A stretch of 64,000 nucleotides of DNA from Paramoeba atlantica. Its lineage: Eukaryota; Protista; Discosea. Numbering within the stretch: the stretch's first letter is position 1; each line of letters opens with the position of its first letter. The stretch is taken from assembly GCA_977017575.1 (NCBI GenBank), contig CDRNVI010000140.1, positions 372,001 through 436,000 on the forward strand. The letters are read 5' to 3'. The notes beneath the pieces are model-generated. The model had not been told where the DNA came from, did not search any database, and was given only the letters and a program-made list of their open reading frames with translations. The position numbers and the translations under genes were made by a program. Shown here in pieces: positions 43,966 to 57,067 of the stretch.

Positions 43966-43997
<32 letters not shown>

Positions 43998-46900
43998 TTC
44001 TCTTTCTTTCTCTTGCTTTCTCTTTTTTTCTGATAATTAATTTGAATATCTTTAGGTGGATGCAACAGAAGGAAAGATCTTTGATTTGTTTTGTCAACTT
44101 GGAGCTGATGACGAGTTTCTTTCTTTTCTTTTCTCAAATTTAATTCTTTCAAAGATGCTTTTGAATGCTCTTTTAAAATCAATTTAAGATATGATATTTA
44201 AAATTATTGGATTCACTTTTAATTCACAAACAAAATTAAAATTATAAACAAGGCCTATTGCACTCCCTTTTCCATCCAGATAATATTGATATAATAACAA
44301 TGAAAATAAAATGAATTTTTCTAATAAAGTAACTATTCTGTCTACTATTAATAATAATATTATTAATTTTTTAATTATTAATATTAATATCCAAAAGACA
44401 AATGGATTATTGCACTCTTTACGCATCAGCAAAAGAAGATTGGGCAAACACAATCCCAGAAAGGGGAGGATCGAGAATGCACCCTCTTTTTAAAGGAATT
44501 GTTGATCATTTGCCTCCTCCTCCTGTTGATACAGGTTTTTTTCTTGTTTTTTATTTTTTTTATTTATTTTTTATTTTATTTCATTTTTATTTTATTTTAT
44601 TTTATATTTTTTTTCGAATTTTTCAACTGTTTGGAGTTGTAAAGGAATTATTATTTATTTTTTCCCCCCCCCAAATTACATTTTTAATAACTCTTATTGC
44701 TATTTTTATAGTCTAATTTCATTCTCTCTTTCTCTCTTTCTTCTCTCTCTCTCTTCTCTTTCTCTTCTCTCTTTCTCCCCCCAAAAAGAAAGCAATTTCG
44801 GAATGCTTGTCTCTCTTCTAGAACATGAAGATCATCTTGGGCGAGTTGTTGTTGGTACAATTCGGAGTGGTGAGCTTCAAAGTGGGGATGTTATTGCTGC
44901 GATTGATAGAGAGGGGAGGGTTGTTGAAGAAGGAAAGGTTTTATTATTATTTTTTTATTATTATTTATTTATTTATTATTTATTTATTATTTATTATTTA
45001 TTATTTATTTATTATTTTGATTTTTTAGATTACTTTTCATTCTTTATTTCTTTTTATTTTTCTCTTTTCTTTTTATTCAACAATCTCAAAAAAAAAACAG
45101 GTCACAAAAATCAGTGTCCGAAAAGGATTAAACAGAACATTCGTGACATCAGCCACAGCGGGAGACATTGTTGGAATCGCGGGACTCAGTTCAGCGAATG
45201 TGACAGACACAATTCGAATTGTTCCAAAAGAGAAAGAGAAGAAAGAAAGAAAGGAGGATTGGGCGGTTGTGATCCCTTCTGATCCTTTGGATCCTCCTGT
45301 TTTGTCTATTTCTGTCAGGGTGAATGATAGTCCTTTGTCTGGGAGGGAGTTTTGTGCTTTTTTTTTTTTTTTTTTTGTTTTGTTTTATTTTGTTTTATTT
45401 ATTTCTTTCTTTTGTTTCTTTTATTTTATTTTATTTTATTTTATTTTATTTTATTTTCTTCTAAAAATTATTTTTTTAAAACACAGAGGAAAAAAATGTA
45501 CTTCTCGAAATATCGACGAAAGATTGAAGAAAGAATTGGAAACAAATGTTTCACTTCAAGTAAAGAAAGTTTCAGAGTCTTGTTTTGAGGTTTTTTTTTT
45601 TAAACAAAATTGAATTTCAAATATTTTTATTTTTATTGTTTTCTTTTCTTTTCTTTTCTTTTCTTTTCTTTTCTCTTTTTCCAATCTATTTTATTCAGGT
45701 ATCAGGAAGAGGAGAATTACAATTAGCAATCCTTTTAGAAAACATGAGAAGAGAAGGATACGAAGTTGCCGTGACGCAACCAATGGTAATCATGCGAAGA
45801 GACGAAAATGGCGAATTGATTGAACCGATGGAGGAAGTTACAATTGATGTTCCTGAGGAATATTCTGGTTTTTTTTTCTTTTTCTTTTTCTTTTTCTTTT
45901 ATTATTATTGGCTTGTGGAAAATGGTCCACAAAAAAATAAACTATTTTCCACAAGTCAGCTGTTCTGTTCTGTTATTTTATAATTTTTGAAAGAATGATG
46001 GCAACAATTGTCATGATGGAGCAGTACATTTAGGATTATTTTTGAAATAAATATTGGGAAAACTTACTCATTTAAAAAATAGGTACAATTATTGATCAAA
46101 TGAACAAACGCCTTGCCACTCTCAGTGAAGTTATTCAACAAGAACATGAGATGGTCTCTCTCTTTCTTTTCCATGCCAATATCTTTTTAAAATTCATCTT
46201 GTTTAATAATTTTAAATCTACTTTTCATCTCAATCCTTATCAAAAATCAACAAAAAATCAACAAAAAATTAAATCAAAAAAAAAAGGTGACTCTCAAATT
46301 CAACTGCCCCTCAAGGGGTCTAATTGGGTTCCGGTCTCAAATGACAACATTAACAAGAGGAACTGCCATTTTGAGTAATTTATATTCCCAACATGTTCCA
46401 TATTTAGGTTTCTCTTTTTTTCCTTCTCTCTCTCTTACTTCTTTCTCCCCTTCTCTCCCCTTCTCTCTCCTTTTTCTCACTCTCTTCTTTTCTCTCTCCC
46501 CTTCTCTCCCCTTTCTCTCTCTCCCCCCTTTCTCTTCTCCCCCTCTCCCCCTTCTCTCCCTCTCTTCTCTCTCTCCCCCCCTCTCTTCTCCTTCTCAAAA
46601 AAACAAAAAACAAAAACTAAAAAAACAATTTAACATTTCAGGAGCAATGAGCGGGGTGGAACATGGAAGTTTGATTTCTATGTATGATGGTAAAGCTACT
46701 GCTTATGCTCTTGCTGGATTGGAGTCTCGGGGGGCTTTATTTATTAAACCTCAGGTCATTTGTTTTTGTTTTTTGGGAGAGAGAGAGAGAGGGAGAGAGG
46801 AGAGATGAGAGAGGGAGAGGAGAGATGAGAGAGAGAGGAGAGATGAGAGAGAGAGGAGAGGTTGAGAGAGAGAGAGGGAGAGAGGGAGAGGTTGAGAAAG

Positions 46901-47552
46901 GGAGAGGAGAGATGAGAGAGAGAGGAGAGGTTGAGAAAGGGAGAGGGAGAGAGGAGATATGAGAGGGAGAGGAGAGATGAAAGAGAGGAGAGGTTGAGAA
47001 AGGGAGAGGGAGAGAGGAGAGAGGATAAGAAAGGGAGGGGGTTTTTGACATTTTTTTTTTTTTTTTTGTCTTTTTTAGACGACTGTTTATGCTGGAATGG
47101 TTGTTGGAGAACATTTTAAAACGGGTGAAGATTTGGATGTTAATGTTATCAAGGTTTCTTTCTTTCTTTCTTTATTTTCAATATTTTTTATTTCTTTCTT
47201 TTATTTTTGTTTTTATCTTCTCCTAAAATACTCTTCTTATTTTTGCAGTCAAAACAATTAACAAATATTCGAACTGTTGCGAAAGATGAGAATATTCGAT
47301 TGGCTGCACCGCGTTTGTTGACCCTTGATAATGCTCTTTCTTATGTACAGGTGAAGATTTTTTTTTAAATTCAATAATTATTTATTTTATTTTATTTTAT
47401 TTTAACAAAATATTTTAACTTTCTTTTAGAATGATGAAATGATTGAAATTACACCTTTGAATATTCGATTAAGAAAGAGAGAGCTTCAAATGGGATTGAG
47501 ACGACGTGAGAAAAAACAAGGAAAATCTTATTATCAAATTGAAGGAGAATAA
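42481..47552 (+). CDS. typA: TypA/BipA translational GTPase, organelle-targeted; multi-exon
   Basis: Ser-rich transit peptide; [97 protein letters not shown] and [11 protein letters not shown]. Confidence 0.92.
46775..47030. repeat. Purine-rich intronic minisatellite in the TypA gene
   Basis: Repeated gagaggagagatgagaga and gagaggttgagaaaggga units between the FIKPQ exon and the next exon. Confidence 0.7.
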
Positions 47553-47732
47553 AATCTTAAAATAAAAAAGAAACAAACAGAATGTTTACTCAGAGCGTCA
47601 CAGTTTTTTGAATCAAACTTGTCAAAATTATGGAAAATAAGAGCTCATTTATTAGATTAAAATACAATAATTGTCAAAAACCATAAAATAAAGTTTTTGG
47701 TCATACACAAAAACAAAGGCAATTTCAAAAAC

Positions 47733-50700
47733 TCATGTCAAAAAAACAATTTGAATTCTTTCAACCCATTTTCGACAAAATGGACAATTCGAAACTTGTT
47801 TCATACAACCAGAACAAACCCCCATATGCCCACACGGAATCAATACACAATCCACTTTTGTTTCAAGACAAACTTTGCAAATATGCTGTTCTTCTTCATA
47901 TGATTGTTGTTGTTGTTGTTGTTCTTCTTGGGTCATTGGAGAAGAAGAGAAAGGAGGAGGAACCAAAGAGGAAGAAGAAGGAGAAGGATTAATTTCAGAA
48001 TCATCAAGAGCAATTAACATTTCATTATCTGAGGGAGCAGATGGTGCTGGTTGTCCTAAATTTTTTAAAATTTCATTAATTAATTGATTAGGTATCATTA
48101 ATTTTGATGTATTTAATTCAATAAAATATGTTTTAATGAATGAGAAAAGTAACCTGGGACATTTTGTCGAGATGGGGGATGAGGATGGGACCCCAATTTT
48201 CGATTTACCATTGACGGGGAAGAAGAAGAATCAGAAGAACAAGATGGAGTACAAGAAGAAGAATATGAAGGAGGAGGAGGATTTGAAGATTTCCTCTTTT
48301 TCTTTCCAAATAATCTCCCAAAGAAAGATGTATCCTCTTCTTTCGGTAACCCTTTCTCTTCTCTCTCTCTTTCTTGTGCGCGAGATTGGCCACCATCAAG
48401 CGGGACCTCCCAAACCTCGATTATTCTCTCTTTTGGGAAGAGTTTTTCTTTTAATGAGAGTTCAGGACCCGGGCGAGGAGGTTTGTAGTCTTTTGGGATT
48501 GGTGCGGGTGCTGGATATGCACTGGAAAGAGAGGAAGAGAAGAGAGGGAGTGAGGAGGGGAAAGAGAGATGGAATTGAATAAATAAATAAAATAAAATAA
48601 ACCTTGAAGGTGGGAGAGTGTACTCAGCAGTATCAGGATCTAAAAGAAGAGAGGATTTTAGTCAACAAGAGAGAAGCAGTAGAAGATATAAAAAGAATAA
48701 AAGACCAATCAAAGAAGGATGAAGACAACAGTAATGCTGATTTTGGTAAGACAGCGCCCCACTTGTCAAACGGCAATTGACTGTTGCAACAGAACAACCT
48801 AAAGAGAAAGAACAACGAAAAGTGGGAAGAAAGTTTGATGTTATTTGAGATTCAAAATGACTCTTTTTCAATTCAAAATAGAAAAAAATAAACCTTTTCC
48901 AACAAAAATCTGATCACATAAGCTCCTCGAGCACCTCTTTAAAGAAGAGAGAAGATAAGAGACAAGATAACTTGGAAGAGAGAGAAGAAAACAATTTTCA
49001 TTTGAACAATGAGAAGAATGAAAAGAGAGAAATTTTTCTCGAGAATACGCTGGGCCACTGATAGAAGAAGAGAAAGAATATGAAGGGGAAGTGTAAGAGT
49101 ATGAAGAAGAAGAGGAAGGATATGCATAAGAAGAAGAGGAAGAGGAGGAGGAAGAGGAAGAGGAAGAAGAGGAAGAAGAATATGCAGAAGAGGAATAAGA
49201 AGAAGAAAAAGGATTTTTTGAAGGAAAAGAAGGCGTTTGATAAATATCAGAGAGAGAAGAAAGAAGAGGGAGACAAAATAAATTTAATAAATCAGTGTCC
49301 AAATATCCTCCTTCATGTAAATGCTTTGTTATCCATTCTAAAAAGGAACATGGAAATCTTTTCATCAAAAAATTTATACAAATTTCCACTGCAAAGAACA
49401 TGAAATTAGAGAAAGAAATGAGAAGAGAGAAAGAAATGAGAAGAGAGAAAGAAAGGTTTTTGGAGAATCATAACACAGAAAAATAACAAGAAAAATAACA
49501 AGAAAATTTACAAAAAAATGAAAAATAAGAAAATAAAAAAATAAGAATACAAAAGAAATAAATAATAGAGACAAAAAAAGAGACAAACCCAATGAATTCA
49601 TTTGATATCTCTCATCAAGAGGACCAGGAGGAGGAATGGTATGAACAGTATACTTCCCCGACTCAGGAGAATCATAAGAAAACTCAGAAATCTTTTCGAT
49701 AGCTCTCTCAAAAAAGATGGAAAAACTTCTGAGAGGATTCGAAGAAATGATCAAATTTCTGAGACTTAAAAGATGGAAATTGACACAGGTCGTCACGATT
49801 TGGTTCACTGAGACGTCCAGTGTTTCTGAAAGGGAAAATTTTAAAAAAATAATTTCATTCTTTTATTTTTCTCTTTTCCTTTTCTCTTTTTTCTTTTTTC
49901 TCTTTTCTTCTTTCCTTTCTCTTCTAATCTTCTTTCTCAAAAGGAAAATAAAAACTCATACCAAGTTTTCGAAGCATCAAAAATTGACTAGGAAGATGAG
50001 AAAGAGAATTGTTTGACAAATTTAATTTGGTTAAATTTTGGCAGAAAAAGAGAGAACGAGGAAGAGATGTAAGATAGTTGGAAGAGGCATCAAGATGATT
50101 GAGCTTGAAAGAGAAGAGAGAGAGAGATAGAGAGAAAAGTTAGACAAGAAGAAGAGAGAAGAAGGAGAAGAAAAGAGGAAAGAGAGAAGAGAGAGAAGAG
50201 AAATACCTGAGATAAAAGCCCAATGGAAGAGGGAAAAAATTGAAGTTGACAATCTTTTAAGTTTAAATGTCTCAATTTTGACAAATTTCCAATATTTCTG
50301 TTTTTTTTTTTGAAATGAATATCAAAAAGAGAAAAGAAAAAGAAAAGGAAAAGGAAAAAAGTAAATACGTTGGAAGTTCTTTTAAAGGGTTATTTTCAAG
50401 ATCCAAATGGACCAAATCTATTCAAAATAATAAATCACAAGATATCAAAAAGAGAGAGGGAAAGAAATTGAATGTCATTTCCGGCATTTCCAGACAAAGA
50501 CAAAACAAAAAAATAAAAATTAAAAAAAAATGAAAAAAAATGAAAAAAAAATGAAAAAAACAAAAAAACAAAAAAACAAAACTGTGCAAATCGCCAATAG
50601 AAAGGGGAAGAAATTGAATGTTATTTCCAGACAAGGACAAAACAGTCAATTTCTTCAAATTTCCAATTTCTTTTGGGAGAAATGGGATTTTGTTTGATTG

Positions 50701-52068
50701 GAGAAGAAGGGACATGAGAGAGGAGAGAGAGAGACATGTTTCTGGGAAGGAGGAGAGGAGGTTGAGGGCGAGATTGACGTGTGTGAGAGAGGGGGGGAGG
50801 ACTGAGAGAGGGAGAGAGAGATGGGAAGGGAAGAAGGCGAATTAGATTTGGAAAGAACTGAAACATTTAAATTTTATAAAAAAATTGTCTTTTTTGTTAT
50901 TTCTAAAAGAAAAATTGAATAAAAAATAAATAGAGAATAAATAAAAAAAATAAATAATAAGTAAATAATGAACCAAAATCAGAAGGAATTTCTTCAATTT
51001 TGTTTCGAGACATGACCAATTTTTTGAGATTTTTCTGAGGAATTCCTCCAAAATTTGGAAGATCTATTTTTAATTTCTCAGAAAAGAGTAGAGAGAAAGA
51101 GAAGGGACAAGAAGAGGAAAGGACCCAAAATCCAAAAGAGAAGAGAAGAGAAGAGAAGAAGAGAAGAGAAGAGAGAAAGAAAAGAGAAGAGAAGAGAAGA
51201 GGAGGAAAGAAAGAAAAGAGAGAGATTGATCTTGTCAAATGATTGTCATTTTTGTCGAATTGGAACTCTCAATCCCATTTGATTGAATCGAAATTCGAAA
51301 TTGAAGATATTGGAGAAAAAGAAGAAGACAAGAGAAGAGAGAAAGAAAAGAGAAGAGAAAAGAGATTAATTAACCTTGTAAATGATTATCATTCAAATTC
51401 AAACTTGTCAAATTAGACAAACTCGACCATTCCAAATCACCATAACTCTCAATCCCATTTGATTGAATCGAATTTTCATTCAAAGAAAAAGGAAAATATT
51501 GGAGAAAAGAGACAATCGAGAAGAGAAGAGAGAGAGAAAGAGAAGAAAGAAAGAGAAAGAGAAAGAGAAGAAAGAAAGAGAAAGAGAAAGAAAAGAGAAA
51601 GAGAAAGAGAAGAAACCTTGCAAATGATTATCATTTAGATTCAAACTTGTCAAATTAGACAAACTCGACCATTCCAAATCACCATAACTCTCAATCCCAT
51701 TTGATTGAATCGAAATTTGAGTCAAAGAAAAAGGAAAATCAGAAGAAAGAGAAGAAATTTTGTTGAAATTGAGCTCGAGAGAGAGAAGAGAAGAGAGAGA
51801 GGAGAGAGAAGAGAGAGGAGGGAGAGAGGTGAAGGCGTTGCGAGAGAGGGAGAGAGAGGAGATTTTTTGTTTGGCTTCTTGGATCTGTGATTTTTTTGGT
51901 TTTTTTTTTTGTGAATTTTAGTTTTTTTTTTTCTTTCTTTTCTTTTTCTTTTGTTTCTATTTCTATTTCTTTTTTTCCTTCTTTATTTTTCACAACACTC
52001 CTCAAAAGGAATCAAACCTCAGGAGGAATCTCCGAAAGTCCTTTGGAATTGAAATCCACTGAAGCCAT
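47733..52068 (-). CDS. Leucine-rich-repeat protein with C-terminal C3HC4 RING (probable E3 ligase); multi-exon
   Basis: MASVDFNSKGLSEIP; LRRs (ISSLSLSRNAFTSLP, LTSLNLNDNHL, LKKLVMSRNKIEEIP, IGNLKKLTVLSLSGNNIQFLP, LRHLNLKDCQLQFFP); terminal CKVCLETKVDCVLIPCGHMGVCSGC..CPFCR. Confidence 0.85.
51230..51735 (-). repeat. Three tandem copies of an LRR exon tail with progressive decay
   Basis: ttcgattcaatcaaatgggattgagagtt occurs three times. The copy at 51617-51735 is coding; the 51375-51500 copy is nearly intact and keeps its GT donor; the 51230-51310 copy is internally deleted and has lost its donor. Confidence 0.88.
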
Positions 52069-52407
52069 CTCAAACAAGAAAGAGAAAAAAGGGAGAAAAG
52101 GGAAAACAAAAAAAAGAGAGAGAGAGAGGAAAGAAGAAGAAGAGGGGAAAAAGAGAACAACAAAAAAAAAAAGAGAATAACAAAAAAGATAACAACAACA
52201 AAAAAAGAGCAACAAAAAAAGAAAGTTCAAGAAATTTTCTGTGAGAGAAACATTATTTGTCCAAATTTGGTAAATGACAATTCCTTTTATAGTAAATTTT
52301 TGTTTTAGGTTTTTTTTTTGATTTTTCGTTTGATTTTTCCTTTCTCTTCTTTCTCTCCTTTCTTTCGCTTTTCTTCTTTCTTTTTCTTCTTTCTTTTTCT
52401 TTTCAAG

Positions 52408-55400
52408 ATGACAGAACTATATGATGGGACGGAGGAGACAATGGAAGATTGGTTGGAGTATCTTCGGCCTGTTGAAGTTCCGACTCTCCCCCAGGTTTTT
52501 CCCCCGCTCTTCTCTCTTTTCTCTTTTTCTCATTTCCCTTCATCTCTTCTCCTCTTCTCTCTCCTCTCTCTCAGGAAGAAGAAGAACCGCAAAGAGAGAG
52601 AGTCTTCTCTCCCCCTCCTACAAAGACAATCGTCGCCTCTTTCTCTTCTTCTGATTTCATTGTTGATTTCTCTTCTTCTTCTTCTCCTCCTCTCTCTCCC
52701 TCTCCAGAGAGCCCCTCTCTCTCTTCTCCTCTCTCTTCTCCTCTCTCTCAAAACGGAGAGGTTGTTGACCAAATTGTTGGGGAAGAGAGAGAGAGGAGAG
52801 AAGAAGAAGAAAGAGAAGAGGCCCCTCCTTCTTCTCCTCTTGATTTGAGACCTTCTCCAAAAGGAAAGAGAGAGGCCCTCTCTCCCTCTCGCTATTCTGC
52901 GAGTATGTTTGAAATTTCTGAGAAAGAGATGGAAGAGAGAGAGAAGAGAGAAGAGGGAGAGAGAAAGGGGAGAGAAGAGTTTGTTGTTATGACAGCGCCT
53001 GTTCCGATCTCTTCTTCTTCTCTTTCTCCTTCTTCTTCTTCTTCTTCTTCTTCTATTAAAAAGAGATCAATTTCTCTTCCTCCAATTGAAGGGAAAGAGA
53101 GAATAGAGACCAATTCTTCTTCTTCTTCTCGTGTTTCTTCTCCTCTCTCTCAATATGAACAATATTTGAAGCCAATTGAGAATCGTGTTCAGATTCTTCA
53201 GGTTTCCTATTCTTTCTTTTCTCTCTATCTCTTTTTTACTCTTTTTCTTCAATCAAGTCAAAATTTTGAACCTCTCTTCCTCTTCTTCTTCCTCTCCTTC
53301 TATCCCTCTTCTATCCCACTTCTATTTCCCTCTTCTCTATTGTCTCTCTCTTCTCTATCTCTCTTCTCTATCTCTCTTCTCTATCTCTCTTCTCTTTCTC
53401 TCTTCTCTTTCTCTCTTCTCTTTCTCTCTTCTCTTTCTCTCTTCTCTTTCTCTCTAGGAATGGGTACCAAAAACACACGAAGGATATGTAAATGTTGTAG
53501 AATTATTACATTCTCATGTTTCAAGCAAGTTTATGTTTTTACTTGAGAGGGGAAAGAGAGCTTGTAATTATATTAATAATGTTGTTTATCATTTGAGAGC
53601 TAGGTTCTTTTCTCTCTTCTTTCTCTCTCTTCTCTTTCTCTTCTTTCTCTTCTCTCTTCTCTCTTCTCTCTCTTCTCTTTCTCTTCTCTCTCTCTTCTTT
53701 TCTGTTCTTGTTGTTGTTTTTAATTGTTGTTTACCATTTGAGAGCCAGGCTCTTTTCTCTTCCCTCTCTTCCCTCTCTTCTCCCCTTCTCTCTCTCTTCT
53801 TTTCTTTTCTTTTCTTTTTTTCCCTTCTCTTCTCTGCTCTAATTTATTAAAATTCTCTCTCCCTTCTCTCTCTTTCCTTTCTACAGAGCAACTGTTTGTG
53901 CTGAAACAGCAGAAAAATTGGGAAATTTGCCAAAAATAAAAGAAGAGGAGAGTGATCTCCCTTGGCTCACTTCTTCTGATTTTCAAGATACTGTTACTTC
54001 TTATCAGGTTCTTTCTCTTTTCTTTCTCTTTCTCTCTTTTCTCTTTCTTCTCCTCTCAATCTTCTCTTTATTTTGGCTCTCTACTCCTGATTTTCGGGAT
54101 ACTTATCTCGTTTCTCTTTTCTTCTCTTTTATTTATCTTTCTTTTCTTTCAACAGGCTTGTTTAAGAAGTGAAAGTGTACAATCATTTCAATTTGCACAA
54201 ACTTTAAATACAAAAGCGGACAATTTGGAGGGTGAAGGAAAGAAAATGAAAGGAATTTTTCAGGGTTGTTTGGCAAAGAGAATTGGTTTTGAGGAAAGAT
54301 ATAAAAAGGCATCTCAAAGGTATTTTTTTTATTTATTTTTTATTTTAATTTATTTTTTTGTTTTATTTTATTTTTTTATTTGAGAGAGAAAGAGATTTGA
54401 AAAGAAAATGAAAATTGCTGGAAAAATTAATAGATATTAAATAGACTCAAAGCTTCTTTTCAAGAGTATGAAAAAGTTGTCAGTGAAACTGCTGCTCAAG
54501 TTCTTTTTTTTTTCCTTTCTTTTTATGTTTTGAGAAAAAGAGAATATTTTTTATTTTATTTTAATACATTTCTCTCTTTTGAATTATAAAAAAATACCTT
54601 CAAAATACTTTTATTCATTTATTTAAAATATCTTATTTATTGTTTTCTTTTTTTAATATCTTTCTTTTCTATTTTCTTCTCTCCCCCCCCCAAAAAAAAA
54701 CAAAAAAAAAGGTTCAAACTGCAAAACAAACAGAAGACACAATCGGCGTTCTTTCTGACCCTTTTGTTGCTCATCTTGATTATGTTGCTTCAAGAGCGAA
54801 AATGAATGCAAGGTTTTTTATTATTTTTTTTATTATTTTTTTATTTATTTTTTTATTTATTTTTTATTTTTTTATTTATTTGTATTTATTTTTGTTTTTT
54901 ACTTTTTTTTTGTTTTTTTAAAATTATATTTATTTCTTTTTTTTTTTTTCTATTTCTTTTTTTGTTCTCTCCCTCTCTCTTTTTCACTCTCTCTCTCTTT
55001 TCTCTCTCTCTTCCCCAAAAGGATAATGGAAATCCCGGAAATCCTCACAATCTGCTACGACTCAATCCGCCAAGTCGAAGAAATGAGAATTTCATGTGTA
55101 AAAGACACTTTGGAAAAGACAGAGAAAGATCACTCTCAAGTTTGTAGGAGATTGTTGGAGGGGTTGGAGAGAGAGAGAGAGGATATTCTTCCTTTGCAGA
55201 TTTGGGTTTGTGTTTTTTTATTTTTTTTGTTGTTTGTTTTGTTGTATTCTTTTTTTTTTGTGTTTGTTTTCTTTCTTTGTTTTGGAAAGAAACGTGGTTT
55301 AAATTTTTCTTTTCTTTATTTTTCTTTTCTCTGTTAAAATCTTTTTCTTTTCTCTTTTATTCAGAGGAAATTTTTGATTGAAAAGAAAATCCTGGAGCCA

Positions 55401-56907
55401 TTTCAAGAATTTTGTCCTGAGGATAAAAATTGGAGAGAGACTCAAGAGTCTGAGGTTTTTTTTCTTCAATGACATTGCCTTTTTTCTCCATCAACTCCTT
55501 TTATTGAATCCTTTTTTTCTCTTCTTTCTCTTTCTCTCTTTCTCTCTTCTCTTCTTTCTCTTTCAATTTCCAGCTAAGGCAAAGAACTATCTCTTCATTT
55601 CCAGGACTCCAAAAATTCCCTGAACTTTGTGAAAGTACAGAAGAAGGATCTTTTATTACATTACCAAACAATACAAATGGAATGAAATTGATTGATGAAA
55701 GGTTTGTACATGAAAAAGAGGAGAAAGAGAAGAGAAGAGAAGAGAAGAGAAGAGAAAGAAAGAAAGAAAGAAAGAGAAAAAAATATCATGAGAAAAATAG
55801 AGACTAAAATGGGATTTCTTTTTAGAATTTCTTTTCCTTTTATTGTTGGGAGGGTGACTGCTTCAAAGTTGTTTGATGGTGAATTAAATCAAGATCAACA
55901 ATTTCTTTCAAAAAATTCTGGTTAATTTTTGTTTTTTGAATGAGAGAGAGAGAAAGAAGGTGAGAAAGAAAAGAGAGAGGGGATGGGAAGAACAAAATTA
56001 TTTGTGTTGTGTTTAATTGATCTTTTTTTCTTCTTTCTTTTACAATTTCTTTCACATGAATCGAAATTGATTTTCATTTTCCATTGTAGAAAATCGAAAA
56101 TCTTTATCTCTTTCAATGGAAGGGGGGCTTCAGTATCGTTGTGAATATATTATTGCAATTGGTCGTGTTTTTGTTGAAGGGTATAATCAATTTTCGATTT
56201 GTTTCTCTCTCTTCTCTCTCTTCGGAATTCTCTTTCTTGTCTTGGATCTTTTGAATTTGTCATCACATACATACATTCATTCAATTAACAATTGATTTTT
56301 CTTTTTCTCTTTTCTGGATTTAGAGTCTTTTCTTGGGCGGAACGTTTCTTTGTTCTGACAGTCTTTGGTGTCTTACATTTTTACGAAAAAGATCACTCTC
56401 TTGATCTGATTGACTTCGACGAGAAAATCCACTCTCTTTCATCTTCCTCTCCTCTATCTTCATCTTCTTCTTTGGAACTCCAAAACCCTTCTTCTTCTTC
56501 TTCTCCCTCTACTTCTCCCTCTACTTCTCCCTCTTCTTCTCCAAGATCTCAGAATCCTTCTCTTCTTCTTCCTTCAGATCCTTCTTCAACAAGAGAGAAA
56601 AAGATGATTCCTCGAATTGCACAAGCCGCTCCTCTTGAAAGTATTCCATTAGGTTTTTATTAAGATTTTTTTTTCCTTTCTCTTTCACTTTCTTTTTATT
56701 TCATTTCTTTTTGTTTACTTTCTTTCAAAATTTAAATTAGGTCAATCATTTGTCAAAGCGACAAATCCGGCTCAAAAAATATTTCATATTATTTACAAAA
56801 CAAAAAAATTGTTTGAGAGAAACAAGACTTACAAAATTCAATGCAAGACTGAGGACCAAATGTCGAATCTCCTTGCTGTGCTGAGGAGGTATTTGGCAAA
56901 AGCATGA
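52408..56907 (+). CDS. Coiled-coil (F-BAR-like) protein with C-terminal PH domain; multi-exon, start uncertain
   Basis: Helical exons (LRSESVQSFQFAQTLN.., EILTICYDSIRQVEEMRISCVKDTL); PH-like SWAERFFVLTVFGVLHFYEKD..FHIYKTKKLFERNKTYKIQCKTEDQMSNLLAVL. Confidence 0.5.
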
Positions 56908-57067
56908 GAATAAGAAATATGAAAATGAAAAATGTGTTTCATGTTTGGGGTGAGGAATGTGAGAAAGGAAAAGGGGGAATGTGTGGATAAAAAAAATAAA
57001 AGAAAAACGATTCAATTTCAAAAAAAAATTAATTGAAAACTCATCATCCAATTTAAAAAAATAATAT

